Source: an uncultured Rikenellaceae bacterium (GTDB lineage: Bacteria > Bacteroidota > Bacteroidia > Bacteroidales > VadinHA17). Taken from it: 64,000 nucleotides of DNA. Below are positions 7,765 through 17,012 of this stretch, piece by piece. The stretch is from the NCBI GenBank assembly GCA_964638955.1, contig CAZWZQ010000006.1:2400-66399 (forward strand), written 5' to 3'. Made by a program: the position numbers and the translations under genes. Each line of letters starts with the position of its first letter. Position 1 is the first letter of the stretch. The notes beneath the pieces were generated by a model. It was not told the origin of the DNA and did not search any database. It saw only the letters and a program-made list of their open reading frames with translations.

Positions 7765-8839
7765 ACGTATAAGTCTTTATTGCAATCTTCCCATTCAACG
7801 CCAGTAAACCATTGAAAGCCAGCGATCTGATCTCATCCTCTCCGGGATATATCATTACTTTTGCTATAAACTGAACCATCGATTTAATGCGATTTACAAA
7901 GGACTCATTGAATGTCAGTCCGCCTGTGAGGATTATAGCATCAACATTACCTTCAAGGACGGCAGCCATTGCCCCTATCTCCTTTGATACCTGGTATGCA
8001 GCAGCATCCCTTATCAGGATTGCTTTCCTGTCGCCCTCTTCTGCCATTTTACAAACATCTTTAAAGCTGTTCGTGCCCAGGTAGGCCACCATGCCGCCTT
8101 TACCTGTTATCATCGATTTTATTTCGGCATGGGAATATTTCCCGCTGAAGCAAATATCTGCCAGTTGTCCTGCAGGAAGAGTACCGGAGCGCTCGGGAGA
8201 GAAAGGGCCATCCCCGTGCAGAGCATTGTTGACATCGACAACTTTGCCCCTTTTATGAGCCCCCACACTTATTCCTCCTCCCATATGAGCTATTATAAGG
8301 TTCAGATACTCGTAGTTCTTACCCGCAGTAGCTGCATACATCCTTGCCACAGCTTTCTGGTTAAGTGCATGAAATATTGATATCCTCTCAATCGCAGGAT
8401 GCCCTGATATCCTCGCCAGCGGCTGGAGTTCATCAACGACCACAGGATCAACAATATATGCTTTTGCATCCGGCAGGGTTAATGCAATATCATGTGCTAT
8501 GATGCCTCCAAGGTTACTCGCATGCTGACCAAGAAGTCCGGTTTTAAGATCAGCTATCATTTTCTCATTTACCTCATATATGCCTGATTCAATAGGTTTT
8601 ACAAGGCCTCCCCTTCCAACAACGACAGCTATTCGTCCAAGATCGCAATTCCTGTTATTCAGCTCCTGCATGATAAGGTTCTTACGGAATTCGAACTGGT
8701 CAGTTATATTCTTATAGTCTGCGATATCTGAATGGCTGTGAGCAAGGGTTTTCTCAAAGAGCATTTTCTCCTCCTCGAACAGGGCAAATTTTGTTGAAGT
8801 TGAACCGGGATTTATTACAAGTATCAGTTTTTTTATCAT
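7763..8839 (-). CDS. buk: Butyrate kinase
   Basis: 358 aa. It has the N-terminal ILVINPGSTSTKFALF motif, and its ASKHA fold and length match butyrate kinases. Confidence 0.93.
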   Translation of the reverse strand: MIKKLILVINPGSTSTKFALFEEEKMLFEKTLAHSHSDIADYKNITDQFEFRKNLIMQELNNRNCDLGRIAVVVGRGGLVKPIESGIYEVNEKMIADLKTGLLGQHASNLGGIIAHDIALTLPDAKAYIVDPVVVDELQPLARISGHPAIERISIFHALNQKAVARMYAATAGKNYEYLNLIIAHMGGGISVGAHKRGKVVDVNNALHGDGPFSPERSGTLPAGQLADICFSGKYSHAEIKSMITGKGGMVAYLGTNSFKDVCKMAEEGDRKAILIRDAAAYQVSKEIGAMAAVLEGNVDAIILTGGLTFNESFVNRIKSMVQFIAKVMIYPGEDEIRSLAFNGLLALNGKIAIKTYT

Positions 8840-8874
8840 ATACCGGCAAGAATTTTACTTTATTCTTATTGAAT

Positions 8875-9777
8875 TTATGTCATCAGGCATGCCAGGGCAA
8901 TGCAATAATACTTTGATTTCTCGCTTTCGCTACGTGACATTACTATAACAGGTTTTTCCGTACCTCTTATTAGTCCCGCAAGTTCACCCTGTGCAAAAAG
9001 CATAAGGCTCTTATAGAAAGGATTGCATGATTCGAGTGAAGGGAACAGGAGAATATCGGCATTACCTCCCACCGGAGTGTTAACTCCTTTAATTTCAACA
9101 CTTTCTTTGTCGCATGCAAGAAAGAGATCGAGCGGGCCGTCCATGATACAGTTTTTAATAAGTCCCTTTTCAGACATTCTGCACATCTCAGGGTAATCGA
9201 CGGAGTACTGGAAATGGCGGCTTGGTTTTTCAGAAGCTCCAATAAGGGCTACCACTGGTTTTTCAATACCGAACTTTGTGGCCATTTCAACAGCATAATT
9301 TGCCATTGCCACCTTTTGATCAAGATCAGGAAAAGGTATCACTGCAGGGTCGGTAATGAACAGAAGCTTATGGTATGAAGGGACTTCAACTGCGCAAACA
9401 TAGCTCAGGACGGCTCCCGGGGTCATGAGTCCCGATTCCTTTTCCATTACCGCCTTCAGAAATTTGTCGGTCCCAACCAGGCCCTTCATAACAATATCTG
9501 CCGTACCGTTTTTTGCCAGTTTCACGGCTTCGGCTGCTGCTTCTGCTTCATCGTCAATATCGATGATCCTGAATTTTGTATGGTCAATACCCTTTTTACT
9601 ACAGACATTTTTTATCTCCCCGCTCTTCCCTATCATTATTGCGCTGACAAAACCATCATTTACTGCCTTGCCTATGGCACCTACAGTATTAATATCCTGT
9701 GCCCAGGCAACGGCTATAGTATGCTTCTTTTTCAGCGCAAGCACCTTATCCACCATCTGGTCGAGGGAGCTGATCAT
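8875..9777 (-). CDS. ptb: Phosphate butyryltransferase (PTA_PTB family)
   Basis: 300 aa. Its PTA_PTB-domain architecture is typical of Ptb (…ADIVMKGLVGT…, …PVIVMSRSES…). It lies directly upstream of buk. Confidence 0.88.
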   Translation of the reverse strand: MISSLDQMVDKVLALKKKHTIAVAWAQDINTVGAIGKAVNDGFVSAIMIGKSGEIKNVCSKKGIDHTKFRIIDIDDEAEAAAEAVKLAKNGTADIVMKGLVGTDKFLKAVMEKESGLMTPGAVLSYVCAVEVPSYHKLLFITDPAVIPFPDLDQKVAMANYAVEMATKFGIEKPVVALIGASEKPSRHFQYSVDYPEMCRMSEKGLIKNCIMDGPLDLFLACDKESVEIKGVNTPVGGNADILLFPSLESCNPFYKSLMLFAQGELAGLIRGTEKPVIVMSRSESEKSKYYCIALACLMT

Positions 9778-9785
9778 AGGATCTT

Positions 9786-10688
9786 TTATTTGCTGGCTGC
9801 TGCTGAGAGAAGTATACTGTCGTATTTTGCCTGTTCCGAATCAGATCTGGAGGTCAGTACGATTGGGACTCTGGCACCAAGGATCACTGATGCAACTTTT
9901 GCTTTGGCGAAGAAAACGAGTGATTTATAAAGGACATTACCAACTTCAATATCGGGCATCAGAAGCAGGTCAGTGTCGCCGGCCACTTCACTTCTTATTC
10001 CTTTGTGTTTTGCGCTTTCGAGGCTCACCGCATTATCGAATGCCAGGGGGCCGTCAATAATGCAATTCTTTATTTGGTCGCGCTGATTCATCTTTGAGAG
10101 AAGTGCAGCGTCAAGAGTGGCTCCCATATTTTCGTTCACCATCTCCACGGCTCCGAGCACTGCCACTTTTGGCATTGTATAACCAAGTCTGATAAGACAA
10201 TTAACCGAATTGTTTATTATGGCGATCTTGTCTCTCAGATTAGGTGCGATATTCATTGCCACATCAGTTACAGCAATAACCTTGGGATATGTATCAACTT
10301 CAAAAAGTGCAAAATGAGAAAGAAGATTCCCGGTACGCAGTCCCCATTCTTTATTCAGAATACATTTGAGTAAAGTAGAGGATCCAACCTTTCCTTTCAT
10401 CAGGATATCTCCCTCATTATTGTTCACCATTTTTACTGCCATTTCGACAGCCATTTCAACACCGGACTCATGAATGATCCTGAGTCCTGAAATGTCATAA
10501 TTATTGGCTGCGCATATATTCTGGATACTCTCTTTATCACCAATAAGGATGGGTTCTATAATGTTATCTTTCCATGCTCTTACTACAGCGCTGAGAGATT
10601 GCTGATCCTGAGCTGTAGCAAGGACAAGCTTCTTCTTTGGTCCGCCAGCCACTATGTTTTTAAGGTCTGCAAGGGTCTTTAATACCAT
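9786..10688 (-). CDS. Second, divergent phosphate acyl(butyryl)transferase paralog
   Basis: 300 aa with the same PTA_PTB architecture (…GDILMKGKVGS…, …PIVLTSRSDS…). Most positions differ from the neighbouring ptb. Confidence 0.85.
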   Translation of the reverse strand: MVLKTLADLKNIVAGGPKKKLVLATAQDQQSLSAVVRAWKDNIIEPILIGDKESIQNICAANNYDISGLRIIHESGVEMAVEMAVKMVNNNEGDILMKGKVGSSTLLKCILNKEWGLRTGNLLSHFALFEVDTYPKVIAVTDVAMNIAPNLRDKIAIINNSVNCLIRLGYTMPKVAVLGAVEMVNENMGATLDAALLSKMNQRDQIKNCIIDGPLAFDNAVSLESAKHKGIRSEVAGDTDLLLMPDIEVGNVLYKSLVFFAKAKVASVILGARVPIVLTSRSDSEQAKYDSILLSAAASK

Positions 10689-10706
10689 ATATTATTTGTT
10701 TTATTT

Positions 10707-11918
10707 TTAAGATGTAATTTGTTCAACAATTGATCGGGTATCGGAAGCTATAACAAATTCCTCATCTGTTGTTACAGACATTACCGTGATTCTTGATTCA
10801 GGTTTTGAAATGATAAGATCATCACCTCTCGATCCGTTATTTGCTTCATCGTCGAAAATGATCCCAAGGCTTTCCATTTCAGAACAGATCATTCTTCGCA
10901 TATTGAAATCATTCTCTCCTATCCCGCCGGTGAAGACCAGGAGATCCGCCCCGTTCATGGCTGCACAATATGAACCAATGAATTTCTTTGCCTTGTATGC
11001 ATACATTTTCAGGGCAAGTATTGCCTTTTTATTGCCGGCATCAGCGGCAGTTTCAAGATCACGCATATCCGAAGATATCTGGGAAATACCGAAAACACCG
11101 CTCTTTTTATTAATCATATTATTTACACCCGCAACATTAAGATGCTCTTTATCAGCAATATAGACAAGCACTCCGGGATCTATTTCTCCTGTACGTGTTC
11201 CCATTATCAGTCCGTCAACGGGGGTGAAACCCATTGATGTATCGACTGAAATGCCATTCTGTACAGCAGTTATTGATGCACCATTACCAAGGTGGCATGT
11301 AATGATCTTAAGCTCTTTTATGTCTTTGCCGAGGATCTTTGCAGCTTTATATGCAACAAATTTATGACTTGTTCCATGGTAGCCATACTTACGTATCCTG
11401 TATTTCTCATAATACTCGTATGGTATAGCGTACATATAGGCATAGTCGGGCATGGTCTGGTGAAATGATGTATCGAAAACGGCAACCTGCGGAATGCCCG
11501 GGATAAGCTTGTCCACAGATAATATTCCTTTAAGGTTTGCCGGATTATGAAGTGGTGCCAGCTCGATGCATGCCTCAATATTCTTCTTGACATCGTTATC
11601 AATAAGGACACTCTCCTTATAGCTCTCTCCGCCGTTAACAACCCTGTGACCCACGGCTTTTATTTCGTTGACATCTCTGATCACACCATATCTGGGATCG
11701 CACAGGACCTCCATTACCATGTTTATGCCCGTGGTATGATCGGGAATATCGGTGATCACCTTATATTGTTCCCCTCCTGTCGGAGTGTGAGTCAAAATAC
11801 TCTCATTCAACCCTATACGTTCCAGAAGTCCTTTTGCTTTCATCTCGCAGCCGTCAGACATATCGAACAGCTGGTATTTTATTGATGAACTTCCGCAATT
11901 TAAAACCAGAATAATCAT
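10707..11918 (-). CDS. ackA: Acetate kinase
   Basis: 403 aa. Motifs: ILVLNCGSSSIKYQLF, GHRVVNGG, YGYHGTSH, FTGGIGEN. Confidence 0.96.
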   Translation of the reverse strand: MIILVLNCGSSSIKYQLFDMSDGCEMKAKGLLERIGLNESILTHTPTGGEQYKVITDIPDHTTGINMVMEVLCDPRYGVIRDVNEIKAVGHRVVNGGESYKESVLIDNDVKKNIEACIELAPLHNPANLKGILSVDKLIPGIPQVAVFDTSFHQTMPDYAYMYAIPYEYYEKYRIRKYGYHGTSHKFVAYKAAKILGKDIKELKIITCHLGNGASITAVQNGISVDTSMGFTPVDGLIMGTRTGEIDPGVLVYIADKEHLNVAGVNNMINKKSGVFGISQISSDMRDLETAADAGNKKAILALKMYAYKAKKFIGSYCAAMNGADLLVFTGGIGENDFNMRRMICSEMESLGIIFDDEANNGSRGDDLIISKPESRITVMSVTTDEEFVIASDTRSIVEQITS

Positions 11919-11951
11919 TTTTGTATAATATATTTTTGTAAGTGAATCTAT

Positions 11952-12956
11952 TTATTTTACTCCTGCTGCCTGGTTTGCAGTTATTGCGATCATGCTCACG
12001 ATATCGTTCACAGAGCAGCCTCGTGAGAGGTCATTAATCGGTGCTGCCATACCCTGCAATATAGGTCCTATAGCTTCGGCATGGGCCAGTCGCTGAACCA
12101 GTTTATAGGCAATATTACCACAATTAAGGTCGGGAAAGACAAGGACATTAGCTTTTCCTGCAATCTTACTTCCAGGGGCTTTTTTTTGCCCTATTGCTTC
12201 AACAAGTGCTGCATCGCCCTGCAGTTCACCGTCAATCAGGAATTCGGGAGCCATCTGCTGGGCAATCTGTGTTGCATTTATTACCTTGTCGACCATCTCA
12301 TGCCTGGCACTCCCCTTTGTGGAGAAGCTCAGGATAGCCACTTTCGGGTCCATCCCTGCAAGTACTTTTGCTGTATGTGCCGATGCCACAGCAATCTCAG
12401 CCAGTTCTTTCTCGGTCGGATCAGGATGAACAGCCCCGTCAGCAAAGATAATTACGCCGTTATCACCGAAACTTTTATCAGGAAGTATCATGATAAATGC
12501 CCCTGATACAACTGAAATGCCGGGAGTTGTTTTAACATACTGGAATGCAGGACGGAGTACATCTCCTGTTGCATGGTCAGCACCGGATACCTCGCCGTCA
12601 GCATCACCGCTTTTTATCATCAGAACACCAAGATAAAGCGGATCTTCTATAAGCACTGATGCCTCTTCTCTTGTCAGTCCTTTGCTTTTCCTTAGTTCAA
12701 CCATAAGGTCGATGTACTGTTCTTTTTTACCATGCGATAAGGGATTTACAATCGTTGTTTTTTCAATATTTTTCAGACCCAGTTTTGATGCGTGAGACTC
12801 TATTTGTGCAGGATCACCTAACAGAATAATCTGAGCAAGTTCCTCTGCAACAGCAATATCTGCAGCTTTTATTATTCGCTCCTCATATCCTTCAGGCAGT
12901 ACGATCCTTTTATTGTATTTCCTTGCATTCTGTTTGATAATATCTAACAAGTCCAT
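11952..12956 (-). CDS. pta: Phosphate acetyltransferase (short form)
   Basis: 334 aa containing only a PTA_PTB domain (…ADGEVSGADHATGDVLRPA…, …INDLSRG…). It is the first gene of the five-gene run. Confidence 0.93.
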   Translation of the reverse strand: MDLLDIIKQNARKYNKRIVLPEGYEERIIKAADIAVAEELAQIILLGDPAQIESHASKLGLKNIEKTTIVNPLSHGKKEQYIDLMVELRKSKGLTREEASVLIEDPLYLGVLMIKSGDADGEVSGADHATGDVLRPAFQYVKTTPGISVVSGAFIMILPDKSFGDNGVIIFADGAVHPDPTEKELAEIAVASAHTAKVLAGMDPKVAILSFSTKGSARHEMVDKVINATQIAQQMAPEFLIDGELQGDAALVEAIGQKKAPGSKIAGKANVLVFPDLNCGNIAYKLVQRLAHAEAIGPILQGMAAPINDLSRGCSVNDIVSMIAITANQAAGVK

Positions 12957-13091
12957 TGTATATCAAGATTTTAAATTATCCGAATTTTTTGTTTTAAATG
13001 TACGAAAAAAAAGTCCGAAAATGCAATTCCGGAAAACATGATTATTCTCAGTTTACTGTTTTTTTTTAAATTAGCGGCGCAAAACTGAAAT

Positions 13092-16031
13092 ATGGATACC
13101 GAACAAAAATATGCAGGTCTGGATTCTCTCGCAGACAACCTTGAAGGTGATCTAAAATATGATAAGATCACAAGGATAATTTATTCAACAGATGCCTCTG
13201 TTTATAAAGAGATGCCCCTGGCTGTAATATGGCCAAAGTGTGTGTCTGATCTCAAAAAGATTATTGAATTCGCCTTAAAGGAAAGAATTGGTGTCACCAT
13301 GAGAGCAGCAGGGACCTCACTTGCAGGTCAGGTGGTAAGTTCAGGTATTATTGTTGATATCTCGAGATACATGAAGAGAATCATAGAGATAAATGAAGAG
13401 GAGATGTGGGTAAGAGTTGAACCCGGTGTAGTGCTTGATGAGCTAAACCTGGAACTTAAAAAGAAGGGACTATTCTTTGGTCCTGAGACATCAACCTCAA
13501 ACAGGTGCAACCTGGCAGGGATGGTAGGAAATAATGCATGTGGTTCTCATTCTATTATATACGGATCAACCAGGGATCATACTCTTGAACTGAAAACCAT
13601 ACTGAGTGACGGAAACGAGGCATCATTCGGGCCTGTTGACAGAGAGACCTTTAACACCAGATCCCGTTTACAGAACCTTGAAGGTGAGATTTACCGTAAA
13701 ACAAGGGAAATACTTGATGATCCGGTAAACAGAAAAAATATACTTGAGGAATATCCCGATCCGGGTATACCACGTAGAAATACAGGCTATGCCCTGGATC
13801 TTTTACTTTCCAGTTGCGTATTTGATGAGAAATCCGAAACGCCTTTCAATTTCTGCAAGATCCTGGCTGGTTCTGAAGGAACCCTTGCAGTCATCACTGA
13901 AATAAAGTTGAATCTTGTTAAGCTGCCTCCGGCAAATAAAGCTCTTGTATGTGTTCACCTGGAAAGAAGAAATGATGCATTTTCCGCTAATCTGATAGCA
14001 TTAAAGCACAAGCCGGCTGCTGTTGAGATGATGGATGATAAGATACTGGAGCTTACAGAAAACCATGCCGGTCAGAAAAAAAACAGGTTTTTCCTTGAGG
14101 GAAAACCAGCTGCCATTGTGATTATGGAATTTGTGAAAGAGACATGGGGTGAAATCGAGAATGTTATTGCTTCTTTGATAAATGACTTAAAGTCAGCAGG
14201 ATACGGATATGCATTTCCTGTTGTGACCGGTAATGATATCACAAAAGTATGGGATCTGCGCAAAGCCGGCCTGGGTGTGCTGGCTAATATGAAAGGCGAC
14301 TCTAAGCCGGTATCCCTCATTGAGGATACTGCAATCAATGTTGAGCAGATGCCAGAGTATATAGCTGATTTTGAAAAGATGCTTTCAGCTTACGGGAAAG
14401 AGTCGGTGTATCATGCTCATATCGGGACCGGCGAACTCCATATAAGGCCTGTTCTTAATCTAAAGGATCCGGCAGATGCAGAGCTTTTCAGAACACTAGG
14501 CATCGAGACAGCCAGGCTGGTAAAAAAATACAGGGGATCAATGAGCGGCGAACATGGCGACGGCAGGCTCAGGGGTGAATTAATTCCGTTGATAATAGGC
14601 GAACATAACTATAATCTCCTTAAAGAAATAAAAAAAACCTGGGATCCCCGGAATATACTTAATCCGGGTAAAATCACCGACACTCCGCGGATGAACACTT
14701 TCCTGAGATATGTACCGGGAAAAGAGACACCTGAAATAGAAACAATATTCGATTTCTCATCAACAGACGGTATAATAAGAGCTGCCGAAAAATGCAACGG
14801 GTCTGGCGATTGCCGTAAGACAAGCATTATCGGGGGAACAATGTGTCCATCCTTTATGGTTACCGGGGAGGAACAAAATTGTACAAGAGCCAGGGCAAAT
14901 ATACTCAGGGAATTTCTGTCAGCTGATAAGGATAATCCGTGGGATCATAAGGAAATTTATAAAATCCTTGATCTATGCCTCTCCTGCAAGGGCTGTAAAT
15001 CAGAATGCCCCTCTGAAGTTGATATTGCAAAGCTGAAAGCAGAATTTCTGCAACACTGGTACGACAAACACGGTATACCGTTAAGAACCAGGCTGATAGC
15101 ACATATAACACTCCTCAATAAGTTAGGCTCTGTTGCTCCGATGATCTTTAACTTCTTTGTGAAAAACAAACTGACATCAGGACTGGTCAAACGGATTACC
15201 AATATTGCACCGGCAAGGTCAATACCTTCATTACACAGGTTTACATTGAGGAGATGGATAAGGAAGAATCTGGAGTCTTTAAATCCGAAAGAGCCTTCAG
15301 GTAATGTATGTCTGTTTATCGACGAGTTTACGAACTATAATGATGTACCGACAGGAATATCTGCAGTCAGACTTCTCACATCCCTGGGTTATAATGTTAT
15401 GACAGTAAACCATGGGGAGAGTGCAAGAACATATCTTTCAAAAGGTTTATTAAGAAAAGCAAGGAAGATAATACGGCGTAACATCTATGTCTTTTCAGAT
15501 ATTATCAATGAAGAGATGCCCCTGGTAGGCATTGAACCTTCAGCTATTTTTGGTTTTCGTGATGAATATCCTGATCTTGCAGGAGATGATCTGAAAGAAT
15601 CGGCTAATAGAATTGCTGAAAACAGCTTTCTCATTGATGAATTCATTTCACGCGAATTCAGGTCGGGGAAAATTAAAAAAGAATTATTCGCAGATGACCA
15701 CCGCGAAATAATCCTGCATGCTCATTGTCAGCAGAAGGCTATTTCTTCATCCTCTGGTACAATAGAGATGCTCTCCATACCGGCAAACTACAGTGTAACA
15801 GAAATCCCTTCAGGCTGCTGCGGCATGGCGGGATCATTCGGCTATGAAAAAGAACATTTTGAATTGTCCAACAAGATCGGTGAACTGACTCTGTTCCCTG
15901 CTGTCAGGAAGGCCGGAGAGAATGTAATTGTTGCGGCTCCCGGTACAAGCTGCAGGCATCATATCAAGGATGGCACGGGAAGGATTGCATTGCACCCTGT
16001 TGAGGTGCTGTACAGGGCATTCAGGAAATAA
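13092..16031 (+). CDS. FAD-binding oxidoreductase fused to an Fe-S/CCG-domain subunit (GlcD/GlcF-like; D-lactate or 2-hydroxyacid dehydrogenase type)
   Basis: 979 aa. It has an N-terminal PCMH-type FAD domain (GVTMRAAGTSLAGQ), a central ferredoxin motif CLSCKGCKSECP, and C-terminal CCG motifs (CCGMAGSFG, GTSCRHH). Confidence 0.85.
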   Translation: MDTEQKYAGLDSLADNLEGDLKYDKITRIIYSTDASVYKEMPLAVIWPKCVSDLKKIIEFALKERIGVTMRAAGTSLAGQVVSSGIIVDISRYMKRIIEINEEEMWVRVEPGVVLDELNLELKKKGLFFGPETSTSNRCNLAGMVGNNACGSHSIIYGSTRDHTLELKTILSDGNEASFGPVDRETFNTRSRLQNLEGEIYRKTREILDDPVNRKNILEEYPDPGIPRRNTGYALDLLLSSCVFDEKSETPFNFCKILAGSEGTLAVITEIKLNLVKLPPANKALVCVHLERRNDAFSANLIALKHKPAAVEMMDDKILELTENHAGQKKNRFFLEGKPAAIVIMEFVKETWGEIENVIASLINDLKSAGYGYAFPVVTGNDITKVWDLRKAGLGVLANMKGDSKPVSLIEDTAINVEQMPEYIADFEKMLSAYGKESVYHAHIGTGELHIRPVLNLKDPADAELFRTLGIETARLVKKYRGSMSGEHGDGRLRGELIPLIIGEHNYNLLKEIKKTWDPRNILNPGKITDTPRMNTFLRYVPGKETPEIETIFDFSSTDGIIRAAEKCNGSGDCRKTSIIGGTMCPSFMVTGEEQNCTRARANILREFLSADKDNPWDHKEIYKILDLCLSCKGCKSECPSEVDIAKLKAEFLQHWYDKHGIPLRTRLIAHITLLNKLGSVAPMIFNFFVKNKLTSGLVKRITNIAPARSIPSLHRFTLRRWIRKNLESLNPKEPSGNVCLFIDEFTNYNDVPTGISAVRLLTSLGYNVMTVNHGESARTYLSKGLLRKARKIIRRNIYVFSDIINEEMPLVGIEPSAIFGFRDEYPDLAGDDLKESANRIAENSFLIDEFISREFRSGKIKKELFADDHREIILHAHCQQKAISSSSGTIEMLSIPANYSVTEIPSGCCGMAGSFGYEKEHFELSNKIGELTLFPAVRKAGENVIVAAPGTSCRHHIKDGTGRIALHPVEVLYRAFRK

Positions 16032-16058
16032 AAAGTTCAAGGTTCAATGCAAAAAGAT

Positions 16059-16150
16059 CCCCTCCTGGGAGATCGGAACGTAGTGGAGATTCCGCGTTAG
16101 CGGAAGCTTGTCCCGCGTAGCTTTAGCATAGCGGGAGGTTGGGGGTGGGT
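16059..16150 (+). repeat. GC-rich structured intergenic element, copy B (long form), flanked by a 12-bp direct repeat
   Basis: Sequence: CCCCTCCTGGGAGA + 34-nt insert + CTTGTCCCGCGTAGCTTTAGCATAGCGGGAGGTTGGGGGTGGGT. TTCAAGGTTCAA occurs at 16036-16047 and again at 16153-16164. Confidence 0.7.
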
Positions 16151-16926
16151 TTTTCAAGGTTCAAGGTAAAGTCATCAGCATCTTCGAGGACGGGAAATTT
16201 GGTACGAAATTCAGATAATTCCTCCATTGAGATATCTGCTGTAATTGAACATTCCTTATCCTCTGCAGAGACAATAACCACTCCTTTTGGATCAATTATC
16301 ATTGAGTCACCCAGATAATTAATTCCGGCACCATCGGTGCCAATCCTGTTTGATCCGGCCACAAAGCATTGATTTTCAATTGCTCTTGCTTTAAGCAGGG
16401 TCAGCCAGACATCACGCCTGGCTGCCGGCCAATTAGCCACATTTATTAGCAGGTCATAATCATTCCTGTTCCTGCTCCACACCGGGAACCGGAGGTCGTA
16501 GCATATATTCGGGCAAATCCTCACCCCCCTGAAACTGAAAGTATGTTGTGTTTTCCCCGGAGTAAATGACTGATTCTCATTGGTCATCCTGAACAAATGC
16601 CTTTTATCATATGACCATGATTTTCCCTCAGGTGTAACTAATATCAGTCTGTTAAAAAACATGTTTTCATCCCTGACAATATAACTGGTACAAACACCAT
16701 ATTTACCCTCCCTGGAAATATTTTTCAGCCATTCAAAAGTCTCAGCATCAGGCGGTTCGCTTAATTTTTCAGGATTCATTGAGAAACCTGTATTGAACAT
16801 TTCCGGCAGAATAACCAGATCGGTATCGGGTTTGATATCTGATAATAACCGTTCCGTCCTGATTAAGTTTCCTCTTTTATTTTCCCATTCAATATCGGAT
16901 TGGACAATTGTAATTTTCATTTTCAA
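16123..16926 (-). CDS. Carbon-nitrogen hydrolase family amidohydrolase (omega-amidase/YafV-like)
   Basis: 267 aa. Nitrilase-superfamily Glu-Lys-Cys context: ...LPEMFNTGF..., ...YDKRHLF..., ...RICPNICYDLRFP.... The last 9 codons (KPTPNLPLC) and the stop are encoded inside repeat copy B. Confidence 0.85.
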   Translation of the reverse strand: MKMKITIVQSDIEWENKRGNLIRTERLLSDIKPDTDLVILPEMFNTGFSMNPEKLSEPPDAETFEWLKNISREGKYGVCTSYIVRDENMFFNRLILVTPEGKSWSYDKRHLFRMTNENQSFTPGKTQHTFSFRGVRICPNICYDLRFPVWSRNRNDYDLLINVANWPAARRDVWLTLLKARAIENQCFVAGSNRIGTDGAGINYLGDSMIIDPKGVVIVSAEDKECSITADISMEELSEFRTKFPVLEDADDFTLNLEKPTPNLPLC

Positions 16927-16952
16927 TCGTGTAAGATATTAAGATCCCGGTA

Positions 16953-16990
16953 AAGCAAAAAAAAAGTACAGGAACGTTATACCTGTACTT
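16953..16990 (-). terminator. Intrinsic terminator downstream of the 17013-18167 gene
   Basis: On the minus strand, an 8-bp stem AGTACAGG/CCTGTACT with a 9-nt loop is followed by a run of 9 U. Confidence 0.65.
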
Positions 16991-17012
16991 CAATAATATG
17001 TCTGAAAGCAAT

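Noticed and set aside
9425-10060. 211-aa ORF spanning the ptb/ptb-paralog junction on the opposite strand
   Set aside because: It is antisense to two well-supported genes and crosses their intergenic gap. It has no motifs.
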